A stretch of DNA of 64,000 nucleotides from Lachnospiraceae bacterium (GTDB taxonomy: Bacteria > Bacillota > Clostridia > Lachnospirales > Lachnospiraceae): the NCBI GenBank assembly GCA_045631045.1, contig JAZQUB010000011.1, positions 1,214 through 65,213 of the forward strand, read 5' to 3'. This document shows positions 56,131 through 64,000 of this stretch, one piece after another (positions within the stretch are counted from its first letter, which is position 1; each line of letters opens with the position of its first letter). The translations under genes were made by a program, and so were the position numbers. The notes under the pieces were generated by a model. It saw nothing but the letters and a program-made list of their open reading frames with translations, searched no databases and was not told the DNA's origin.

Positions 56131-57843
56131 ATGAAACCTTCACACTCAAAAATTAAACTTTTTTTATTAATTCTAACAATCTTAGCATCTATTAAGATGC
56201 TTCTACAAAATTTCAGCCTGGATGAAGAATATCAGGTACTGATGTCCTATCGAAACATTATGGGCGATACTATGATTGGTACTATGTGGGAGCCTCACCA
56301 GACCTCTTCTTTTTTATGCACAGCTTTTATGTGGCCTTATTTTAAGCTTACCGACACTTTTACAGGTGTAGTAATTTATCTACGTTTTATGGGGACACTG
56401 GTACACCTGGGAATTGCATACTATTTATATCGGGTATTCTCTTACTTCCTAAAAAAGGATTATGCTTTTTACCTGGCGCTCTTTTTCTTTAATACCATCC
56501 CGAAGTTAATTATGCTTCCGGAATTCGGCGGTATGCAGGTGTGGTTCGGTATACTCTGCTTTTTGATGATTACAGACTCCGCAGAGGATATTACTCTGCA
56601 AAAATGGAGCACCCGACTTGTCCGTGCTTACACCAAACTGATTCTGGCCGGCTTATTTTTATGCTTGGAGGTACTAAGTTATCCTTCCTGTGTACTTTTA
56701 TTGATACCTTTCCTATTTATGATTTGGTATTGCCATAAGGAAAAAAAGCTTGTGAAATGTCTGCTTTTTACCGCCACCTGTGGTGTTATTGGTCTTGGCT
56801 ATGCAGTATATTTTTGGATAAAATTAGGAACAGAAGTATTTTGGCGCAACATTTCCGCCATTCTAAATTCAGATTTAACGCACACCTTTGATACCAGCTT
56901 AAAGCTAAGGTCTATCCTTGGTGACCTGGGACATTATTTAATTTTCTTCCTTATATTAACAGCTGTTGCTTTTCTTTTGTGCCTACTTCCACCACTGAAA
57001 AAGTACCTGCCAAAGAAGAAGGAAATTGCCGTTACAGGAATTTTGTTGCTTTTGTCGGTACTATATCAGCTTTTCAGCTGGATTTTCCTAAATACCGGCT
57101 ATGAATACCTACAACTACATTTGGCGTTAACCCTTTGCCTGGGACTGTGGTTCTTTGCCTTCCAATTACACGATAGCGATACCTTCTCACGATATATGTT
57201 ATTTGGAGCTTCAATTGGTCTGATTTCCCTTGCCTGTGTAATGATGTTGACAGACTTAGACCTTTTAAGCTCCATCCCCCACGGTATGCTGGGCAGTCTC
57301 TGTATGTTGGCACTTTTTGCCCACTTAGCCCATTCATACGAAAAATATTTATACACAATCCTATTGGCTTTTTGCTATGCGGCCTGCATCGGCAAGGGTT
57401 ACACCCTACGCGGTGGCATGGACTACAACAACGTCCTTCAAAGCGAAAATATTTGCAAATACGGTCCTGCCATCGGCACCATTTCCAACTACATGGGTGC
57501 TTATATCTATAATAACGAATACGAACTATGGCAAGATACCATACCGGAAGGCAGCAAGGTACTCATTGCAACAGACAACGTTCACAGTACCAATACTATC
57601 CAGTATACCTTTAAAAATGCAGAGGTTTGCCACTATTCCATTGTAGACCCTACCGCCTACGATGAGAGACTTCTGACCTACTGGTCCTATTACCCGGAAA
57701 AGGAACCGGACATCATCGTAATTGACTGCTGGTTTGGAAATATGCTCTTTCCGGAAGATTCCTGGATAGTACAGTATATCGAAAATGATTTTGGTTATAC
57801 GGAAGTCATTGAAGGAGACTATGTAAGAATTTACAAAAAATAA
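56131..57843 (+). CDS. Large polytopic membrane protein, possible GT-C-fold glycosyltransferase
   Basis: 570 aa with about 12 or more TM helices. Acidic first-loop motif (SLDEEYQV) and a soluble C-terminal domain of about 130 aa. No family recognised with certainty. A TGtTATAAT extended -10 lies at 56074-56082. Confidence 0.5.
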   Translation: MKPSHSKIKLFLLILTILASIKMLLQNFSLDEEYQVLMSYRNIMGDTMIGTMWEPHQTSSFLCTAFMWPYFKLTDTFTGVVIYLRFMGTLVHLGIAYYLYRVFSYFLKKDYAFYLALFFFNTIPKLIMLPEFGGMQVWFGILCFLMITDSAEDITLQKWSTRLVRAYTKLILAGLFLCLEVLSYPSCVLLLIPFLFMIWYCHKEKKLVKCLLFTATCGVIGLGYAVYFWIKLGTEVFWRNISAILNSDLTHTFDTSLKLRSILGDLGHYLIFFLILTAVAFLLCLLPPLKKYLPKKKEIAVTGILLLLSVLYQLFSWIFLNTGYEYLQLHLALTLCLGLWFFAFQLHDSDTFSRYMLFGASIGLISLACVMMLTDLDLLSSIPHGMLGSLCMLALFAHLAHSYEKYLYTILLAFCYAACIGKGYTLRGGMDYNNVLQSENICKYGPAIGTISNYMGAYIYNNEYELWQDTIPEGSKVLIATDNVHSTNTIQYTFKNAEVCHYSIVDPTAYDERLLTYWSYYPEKEPDIIVIDCWFGNMLFPEDSWIVQYIENDFGYTEVIEGDYVRIYKK

Positions 57844-57854
57844 ATTTAGATATA

Positions 57855-57911
57855 TTGACACGATAGGTTTAATGCGTTAAACTCAAATTAGAGCTTTAAC
57901 ACATTAAACCT
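57855..57911 (+). promoter_or_regulatory. Promoter (TTGACA-17-TAAACT) overlapped by a 17-bp inverted repeat; candidate BlaI-family operator and/or terminator of the upstream gene
   Basis: AGGTTTAATGCGTTAAA (57865-57881) pairs with TTTAACACATTAAACCT (57895-57911) with 1 mismatch, followed by TTTTTGTTT. The -35 lies at 57855-57860. Confidence 0.45.
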
Positions 57912-57934
57912 TTTTTGTTTGAAAGGAGAATTTT

Positions 57935-58294
57935 ATGTCCACTCCAAAGATTTTTGAAAGTGAATATCGTTTTATGCTGGTTCTTTGGGGCTTAGAACCC
58001 ATAGGCAGCACTAAGCTGGTGCAAGCCTGTAAGGAGCAGCTTGGCTGGAGCAAGGCCACTACCTATACCGTCATCCGCAGACTTCAGGAACGCGGTGCAT
58101 TATTAAACGAAAATACCATAGTGCGTTCCCTGGTCAGTCGTGAGGAAGTGCAGGCTTCGGAAATGGATGAATTTGTATCCAAAACCTTTCAGGGTTCTAT
58201 TCCGCAATTTTTAACAGCCTTTACCAAACGCCATGACTTACGTAAAGAGGATGTAGATTTATTACGGAAAATGATTGAGGATTATAAAAATTAA
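57935..58294 (+). CDS. BlaI/MecI/CopY family transcriptional repressor
   Basis: 119 aa. Winged helix (WSKATTYTVIRRLQERG). AAAGGAG RBS. Confidence 0.85.
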   Translation: MSTPKIFESEYRFMLVLWGLEPIGSTKLVQACKEQLGWSKATTYTVIRRLQERGALLNENTIVRSLVSREEVQASEMDEFVSKTFQGSIPQFLTAFTKRHDLRKEDVDLLRKMIEDYKN

Positions 58295-58327
58295 TTTAAA
58301 ATATAATTACACCAACGAGGAATTATT

Positions 58328-61300
58328 ATGCTAGAACAAATCTTTATAAAATTACTTGAAATCAGCATTCAGACAAGCTTTTTTATTCTTGTCGTTACCT
58401 GCATGCGCCTGATTAAGCGCCTGCCAAAGCAGTTTATTTGTTTTATGTGGGCTTTGGCAGCACTGCGCCTTATGATACCTTTTCAAATTACTACCGAGTT
58501 TGGCATGGTACCGGATGTTAGCCGCGTAGAAAGCCTTGCGGAGGTTTCCTTACCCCAAAAAGAAACTGCGAATACCAATGGGTATCCTTTGGACTTTGAA
58601 CCCTTAACAGAAGTTGCTGTATCAACGGATATAGCCTCTTCAATAAACACCTCTGTGCCATCAGAGTTCTCTGCTGCCGGTATCGACACCACCAATCCCC
58701 TCACTCTTACCGGGCTTTTGTCCCATATCTGGCTTGTGGGAATATTTTTACTTATGGGATATGGAATATTCAGCTATCTACGCCTGAAGCTTCGCCTTCG
58801 GGAAGCAGTACATGACCACGACAACATTTGGCTATGCGATACCACAAATACACCTTTTGTACTGGGATATATTATTCCTCGTATTTACATACCGTTTACC
58901 ATTCCAAAAGAACAATTACCATATATTATTGCACATGAGAAATCACACATTTCACACTGCGACCATTTGGGAAAGCTCCTTGGTTTTATGCTCTTGTGTA
59001 TATACTGGTTTAATCCTTTTATCTGGCTCGGTTATATTCTTTATTGCAAAGATGTGGAGTTATCCTGCGACGAACGTGTAATCAAGACGCTTGGAATGGA
59101 AGAAAAAAAGCATTATTCCGAGGCTCTACTTATGTGTAGTGTAAGCACCACAACCATTTTGCAAAGTCCACTGTCCTTTAGTGAGATAGCCCTAAAGGAG
59201 CGTATTATCAACATTCTGCATTACAAAAAGCCGGGATTTTGGTGCGTAATGCTTACCATTTTACTTGGCACTACGGCAAGTATCTGCTTTTTAACCAGCT
59301 CCCAGACTGAAACAAGAGACCATGATGCCTTCCTTCACGAGGTAACCATTGAGCTTTTGGATCAGGTAACCGCAGAATACATTCCGGAAGACGGTTTCCA
59401 TGAACTACCGGAGCAACCTTGCCCGGATGCTTATGTTTTGATTAAAACCGATGGAACAGAAAATCTGCAGTTCTACGGACTGGTAGATGGCAGTGCCATG
59501 ATTTTACGCGACGGCGATGCCATTTATGCTGTACAGGGAGTTCCATGGCCGCAGCGAAGAAGTGAAGTTCCCAATGAAGTGGCTGCAATCACTGTATTCA
59601 AAGAGGATTATGACAAAGATAATACCCCGGAATACGCAATTTCCAGCGATGAAAACGGCGTTTATTCCAAAAGTGTCATTATTCTGGAATCAAAAGATGA
59701 CATCCTACATACGTTTACCTTCACACGAGAAGATATCTCTTCTCAGCTGCAGCGTATTTCCTTTGAATATGCGGATGAAGAAGAACTTATTTACATTTAT
59801 GTAGATTCCGAGGAACCAACCGTCACTCTGGATGTAACGTGGGTAAATGAGATGTGTGCACAGAAAAATACAAGACTTTCCTTTGATACAACAACATATA
59901 TTTCCATTATTCCATCATATAGCAACGACCCTTGGACGTTATATACTTCGGCTGCATATTTACCTCAGGATGATACCTATTCCTTTCACCAGGTCGCCGT
60001 TTCCTTTAGCGCACCGGTTACCTATTTCTCCGACGGAACGTTCCAAATCGGGGAGTTTACCATAGATTATACCAATACTAAGCCTTCTTATCTAGAGCAT
60101 TGCACTGAGGAATTGGAGGCTTTTCCGGGTCAAGCGAAAGAACTGGAAGACGAGCAATTAATTACTAGCGTAACTGTTAACGACCGATACTGCGTGACAA
60201 CCACCGACCCGGCTACCGGCAAGCAAGTGTACATATGGCAGGGCAAAACTACAAAAGATTATCCTTTGGAGTATGTAGATGACCATATTCGGGAAGTTCC
60301 GGCAGAGGCTGTAACTCAAAATATTATCAGCAAACACAGTTTTGGCGGAGACCTTTTGGCACAGGTGGAACGGCTTCACCCTTACGGCACCAAGCAATAC
60401 ATTATTCGTGACAACGGCACAATAAACGTTAATATCGCCTATGAAGAAGAGGATCACATGGAGTTTCAGTACCTTACCTTCCAGGTCAGAGAGGAGAACC
60501 ACGATTTTGTTACCCTTACCGACTATGGCTACGGCTACTATCTGGTACAACTCACAGACACCGATGCCTTGAAAGCTTTTAGACGTTTTTATACCGGCGA
60601 CGAACACCTTTTGCCGAAACAGACCAGCCAATTGCCTTGGAACTGGCTGTTAGCTCTGAATAATGAGGAAAACGACGCTCCCCAAATAAAACAGAGTTCT
60701 CTGCCCGAGTATGCATCACCTTTTGATGTTATGGATTTGGTTTACAATAACATAACGGATTATTACAATGGATTTATTGTAGGAAGAAAAATAATTGACG
60801 GAAAATCCTATATTGAGTATCTCTATCAAACCCGAAAGAATGATATTTCCATCCTAACAGATCCTTACAGTGGAAAAGTGCTTTCCGTAACATACAACGA
60901 CACTGATGTACCGCTTCCGGACTATCCGCTGTGGCTTTTCGCCGGCGGTGCCGTAGGCGCCTATGGCACAGTATATTACGTGGATGCAACCGGTGACGGC
61001 AAACTAGAGCTTATTTTTGAAACCGGGGGAGGCGGTACCGGATTCTACCACACCGACCTTTATATATATAATCCTGTGCTCAAAGAGCAGTACTTCATCG
61101 ATAGGAATATATCAGATATTGCCTCTGAGCTACAAATTACCCTTTCGGATAATACCGCACATAATATTTCCTATAACTCTAAAGACAGGTGTTTTGAAGC
61201 AATGATTCCGATTCCAACTGACAATAATGTTCCTATGCAATATATTGGTACGTTATGGGCTGCATACAAATGGGATACCACGGCAAATAAATTTGTAATT

Positions 61301-61330
61301 GATCCCGCCACTGTAAAAATCTTAAAATAA
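58328..61330 (+). CDS. BlaR1/M56-family membrane metalloprotease with a roughly 680-aa unrecognised extracytoplasmic domain
   Basis: The N-terminal 320 aa have BlaR1 topology, with HEKSH (HExxH) at 58934-58948. A TM at residues about 304-322 is followed by a long soluble region with no penicillin-binding (SxxK) motif. DATGDGKLELIFETGGGGTG lies near 60984-61040. Confidence 0.8.
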   Translation: MLEQIFIKLLEISIQTSFFILVVTCMRLIKRLPKQFICFMWALAALRLMIPFQITTEFGMVPDVSRVESLAEVSLPQKETANTNGYPLDFEPLTEVAVSTDIASSINTSVPSEFSAAGIDTTNPLTLTGLLSHIWLVGIFLLMGYGIFSYLRLKLRLREAVHDHDNIWLCDTTNTPFVLGYIIPRIYIPFTIPKEQLPYIIAHEKSHISHCDHLGKLLGFMLLCIYWFNPFIWLGYILYCKDVELSCDERVIKTLGMEEKKHYSEALLMCSVSTTTILQSPLSFSEIALKERIINILHYKKPGFWCVMLTILLGTTASICFLTSSQTETRDHDAFLHEVTIELLDQVTAEYIPEDGFHELPEQPCPDAYVLIKTDGTENLQFYGLVDGSAMILRDGDAIYAVQGVPWPQRRSEVPNEVAAITVFKEDYDKDNTPEYAISSDENGVYSKSVIILESKDDILHTFTFTREDISSQLQRISFEYADEEELIYIYVDSEEPTVTLDVTWVNEMCAQKNTRLSFDTTTYISIIPSYSNDPWTLYTSAAYLPQDDTYSFHQVAVSFSAPVTYFSDGTFQIGEFTIDYTNTKPSYLEHCTEELEAFPGQAKELEDEQLITSVTVNDRYCVTTTDPATGKQVYIWQGKTTKDYPLEYVDDHIREVPAEAVTQNIISKHSFGGDLLAQVERLHPYGTKQYIIRDNGTINVNIAYEEEDHMEFQYLTFQVREENHDFVTLTDYGYGYYLVQLTDTDALKAFRRFYTGDEHLLPKQTSQLPWNWLLALNNEENDAPQIKQSSLPEYASPFDVMDLVYNNITDYYNGFIVGRKIIDGKSYIEYLYQTRKNDISILTDPYSGKVLSVTYNDTDVPLPDYPLWLFAGGAVGAYGTVYYVDATGDGKLELIFETGGGGTGFYHTDLYIYNPVLKEQYFIDRNISDIASELQITLSDNTAHNISYNSKDRCFEAMIPIPTDNNVPMQYIGTLWAAYKWDTTANKFVIDPATVKILK

Positions 61331-61356
61331 AAATCCTCTCTAAGTACCAAACAAAC

Positions 61357-61392
61357 AAGGCAGTTGCTTCAAAATGCAACTGCCTTATTTTA
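61357..61392. terminator. Convergent bidirectional terminator
   Basis: AAGGCAGTTGC-loop-GCAACTGCCTT followed by ATTTT. Confidence 0.75.
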
Positions 61393-61402
61393 CTATTTAT
61401 TA

Positions 61403-62827
61403 TTATTCTTTTCCATTCCAGCAATATGTACAAAGCTTACATGGCTCTAAGCCAATCGCTTCAATGACACCTTCCAAACTTTGGAATTCCAAAGAAGAAA
61501 AGTGAAGCTTCTCACAAATCGCCTGACGGAATGCTTTTCCGCGCTCTGTGTTAAAATCACTATACTCTTCCATATGCTTAAAGCCTTCTTCCCCCTCTAA
61601 CTCCATAACAATCTGGCGGGCAAGAAGCTCCATTTCACTGTTATTTCTGGAGAAGTCCAAATACTTACATCCATACATAATCGGTGGACATGCCGAACGA
61701 ATATGAACAGACTTTGCACCATTCTCGTAAAGGAACTCTACTGTCTCTCTAAGCTGTGTACCGCGTACAATAGAATCATCTACAAAAAGTAAATTCTTGT
61801 CCTGAATCAACTCATGAATCGGAATCTGCTTCATCTTTGCAACCTTCTTACGCTCGGACTGCTTGGAAGACATAAAGCTTCTTGGCCAGGTTGGAGTATA
61901 TTTGATAAATGGTCTCGCAAAAGGAATATCGCTTGCATTTGCATAACCAATTGCATGAGGAGTTCCGGAATCCGGCACACCGCATACATAATCAATCCCT
62001 TCCATTTTACCAAGCTCTTTATCATGCTTTGCCATAATTTCTCCATTACGACAACGCATTACCTCAACATTCTTTCCTTCATAATTAGAAGTAGAATAAC
62101 CATAATAAGACCAAAGGAAAGAACAAATCTTCATCTCTGTTCCCGGTTCCTGAAGCTGTTTCACACCATCTGCAGTAATCTCCACAATTTCACCAGGACC
62201 CAATTCCTTGTAATCTACATAGTCCAGTTTTTTATATGCAAAAGATTCAAAAGAAACACAGTAACCATCTTCCGCCTTACCAATAAGCATTGGAAGACGT
62301 CCCACTTTATCTCTGGCTGCAATAATAGACCCATCACTCTTTAAAATAAGAATAGAGGCTGTTCCTTGAATAGCACTCTGAACAAACCTGATACCATCCA
62401 GAAAATTACTCTGCTGACTGATTAACGCAGCAACTAATTCTGTAGAATTAACCTTACCACCGGTCATAGCATCAAAATGACCACCGCTAAAATTTAAATA
62501 TTGGTCAATCAAGCTGTTATAATTATTGATAACACCTATCATGCAAATTGCATAAGTTCCAAGCCTGGAACGAATTAAAAGTGGCTGCGGGTCAGAATCG
62601 CTAATACAACCAATCGCAGAAACACCCTTCATTTCGTCAAAAATATGCTCAAATTTTGTTCTAAATGGTGTATTTTCAATATTATGAATCTTTCGCTGCA
62701 AACCGATTGTAGGATCATATGCTGCTAAACCAGCTCTTTTCGTGCCAAGATGTGAATGGTAATCCACCCCAAAAAACACATCCGTCATACTATCACGCTT
62801 GGATGCAACACCAAAAAAACCGCCCAT
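61403..62827 (-). CDS. purF: Amidophosphoribosyltransferase-like protein (PurF family) lacking the N-terminal Cys nucleophile
   Basis: PRTase motif LLFVDDSIVRGTQ and a C-terminal Cys cluster (CKLCTYC). The N-terminus reads MGGFFGV where PurF has (M)CG(I/V)xG. Start at 62827 with a GAGGAG RBS. Confidence 0.75.
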   Translation of the reverse strand: MGGFFGVASKRDSMTDVFFGVDYHSHLGTKRAGLAAYDPTIGLQRKIHNIENTPFRTKFEHIFDEMKGVSAIGCISDSDPQPLLIRSRLGTYAICMIGVINNYNSLIDQYLNFSGGHFDAMTGGKVNSTELVAALISQQSNFLDGIRFVQSAIQGTASILILKSDGSIIAARDKVGRLPMLIGKAEDGYCVSFESFAYKKLDYVDYKELGPGEIVEITADGVKQLQEPGTEMKICSFLWSYYGYSTSNYEGKNVEVMRCRNGEIMAKHDKELGKMEGIDYVCGVPDSGTPHAIGYANASDIPFARPFIKYTPTWPRSFMSSKQSERKKVAKMKQIPIHELIQDKNLLFVDDSIVRGTQLRETVEFLYENGAKSVHIRSACPPIMYGCKYLDFSRNNSEMELLARQIVMELEGEEGFKHMEEYSDFNTERGKAFRQAICEKLHFSSLEFQSLEGVIEAIGLEPCKLCTYCWNGKE

Positions 62828-62859
62828 AATGCTCTCCTCAAACAAATTTTTCTTTCAAA

Positions 62860-63546
62860 TTATGCAAAAAAAAGTTCAGAAAGAGTCATTGGATCAATGT
62901 ATTCACCATTCTTGTAAACACGCATGTTACCGGATGCAATTTCATCAATTAACATAACATCGCCGTTTGCATCGTAACCAAATTCAAACTTAATATCATA
63001 AAGAACTAAACCTTTTTCCTTTAAGTCATCTGCAACAATCTGAGTAATCTTCTGAGTCATAACTCTAATGTCATCATACTGCTCAGCTGTCATAACACCC
63101 AAATCAACAAGACCATCTTTTGTTACAAGCGGATCACCCTTTTCATCATTCTTAAAGGTCATTTCAACGTATGCCGGTAAATCAGCACCTTCTTCAATAT
63201 AATCGCTGTAACGACGGAAGAAGCTTCCTACTGCTTTGTGACGACAGATAACTTCTAAGCCCTTACCAAAAACTTTTCCAGGAAGAACTTCCATAGTTGT
63301 ATCTTCAAGGCTTGCGTTTACATAATGAGTCTTAATACCTGCTGCATTAACCTTTTCAAAGAAATAGATAGACATACGAAGATTTACATCACCAACACCA
63401 TCAATGGTAAGGCCTACAGAATTTTCACCTGGGTCAAACACGCCGTCTTTACCGGTACAATCATCTTTAAATTTTAAAAGATAATTTCCATTCTCAAGCG
63501 CAAATACATCTTTGGTTTTTCCTGTGTAAACTAATTTTTTTTCCAT
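62860..63546 (-). CDS. purC: Phosphoribosylaminoimidazole-succinocarboxamide synthase
   Basis: [15 protein letters not shown]...; LIDEI... SAICAR synthase motifs. Start at 63546; the longer ORF-track N-terminus covers the riboswitch. Confidence 0.88.
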   Translation of the reverse strand: MEKKLVYTGKTKDVFALENGNYLLKFKDDCTGKDGVFDPGENSVGLTIDGVGDVNLRMSIYFFEKVNAAGIKTHYVNASLEDTTMEVLPGKVFGKGLEVICRHKAVGSFFRRYSDYIEEGADLPAYVEMTFKNDEKGDPLVTKDGLVDLGVMTAEQYDDIRVMTQKITQIVADDLKEKGLVLYDIKFEFGYDANGDVMLIDEIASGNMRVYKNGEYIDPMTLSELFFA

Positions 63547-63638
63547 GGGTTTGTCTCCTTTTTGACTAAATACAAATAACTCGTTAATAGCCCTTCCCAT
63601 CTCATTGATATCCACATTCCTCTGAATACCTAAAACAT

Positions 63639-63755
63639 AAAAAGGGCGCACCTTCCCCTTTAGAGTAGTACGCCCAGACGGTCGGCTTATATGGACTTTA
63701 GTCCATCCAATCCCCTGTTCCTCTGTGGTGCTCCACTCGTTCCGTCAGTTGCAGG
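63639..63755 (-). promoter_or_regulatory. ZTP (pfl motif) riboswitch with terminator expression platform
   Basis: The minus-strand RNA is ACUGACGGAAC-GAGUGGAGCACCAC-AGAGGAACAGGGGA...linker hairpin...GCCGACCGUCUGGGCG. It matches the pfl consensus (ACUGGCGAAC..GUGGGA.ACCAC..GGGGA...CCGCCUGGGC). The GACGG/CCGUC pairing covaries with the consensus GGCG/CGCC. The terminator GGGCGUAC...GUGCGCCC+UUUUU (63639-63675) shares the GGGCG segment. Confidence 0.8.
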
Positions 63756-63776
63756 GAAATTTCTAGTAACATAATA

Positions 63777-63805
63777 TAAATACCACGATTTTGCAATGCG
63801 GTCAA
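63777..63805 (-). promoter_or_regulatory. Sigma-A promoter for the riboswitch-purC-purF transcript
   Basis: On the minus strand, TTGACC-17 nt-TATTTA with TG at the extended -10 position. Confidence 0.5.
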
Positions 63806-63892
63806 GAAATTTTTTAAAAAATAACGTCAATTATTGGTACTTTTTTTAGTACAATATTTATGATTGGCGGCTCCTGTATAACTCTTTAAAAA

Positions 63893-63917
63893 CAAAAAAA
63901 CCCTTGTAGAACAAGGA
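63893..63917 (-). terminator. Terminator downstream of tRNA-Lys
   Basis: On the minus strand, CCTTGT-TCTA-CAAGG followed by GTTTTTTT. Confidence 0.65.
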
Positions 63918-63926
63918 TTTCTAGAA

Positions 63927-63999
63927 TGAGCCACCGGGGACTCGAACCCCGGACAACTTGATTAAAAGTCAAGTGCTCTACCGCCTGAGCTAGTGGCCC
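63927..63999 (-). tRNA. tRNA-Lys (anticodon UUU)
   Basis: 73-nt cloverleaf read by eye: acceptor GGGCCAC/GUGGCUC, D arm GCUC-AGGCGGUA-GAGC, anticodon arm CUUGA-CUUUUAA-UCAAG, T arm CGGGG-UUCGAGU-CCCCG, discriminator A. CCA is not encoded. Confidence 0.9.
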
Positions 64000-64000
64000 A

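Overview
The window looks like a chromosomal segment of a low-GC Firmicute (Clostridia, Lachnospiraceae-like gene content, SD-type RBS, rho-independent terminators). It is gene-dense and mostly housekeeping. Recognisable content: pyrC-pyrK-pyrD, plsC, murF-ddl, rlmD, yhaM, mutS2 with an OmpR/HK pair, trmL, an alaR/alaT-like pair, nth, an amino-acid ABC importer, a heterodimeric ABC exporter, purC plus a purF-like gene behind a ZTP (pfl) riboswitch, and tRNA-Lys(UUU) at the right edge. I see no rRNA, CRISPR array, prophage or intact mobile element; the only mobile-type relic is a frameshifted Rpn-family nuclease gene. The most unusual locus is a roughly 14-kb co-directional minus-strand cell-envelope block (21345 down to 7466). 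It is led by a roughly 2,030-aa single ORF that fuses an MMPL/RND-type transporter to GLUG beta-helix repeats, a coiled coil, an internal TM pair and a tandemly duplicated unknown C-terminal module. This ORF is followed by an active-looking sortase B with no canonical substrate nearby, a catalytically degenerate LytM protein, an amidohydrolase, ddl, murF, and a duplicated DUF1538 membrane protein with a tandem PII-like protein. Other candidates:
- an MFS-transporter::GH2-hydrolase fusion
- a BlaI/BlaR1-type module whose M56 protease carries a roughly 680-aa unrecognised ectodomain
- a PurF paralogue lacking the N-terminal nucleophile Cys
- an HtrA-like pseudoprotease
- two single-base homopolymer frameshifts that may be assembly artefacts
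- two unannotated small ORFs
All functional calls come from motif recognition by eye. No searches were run.
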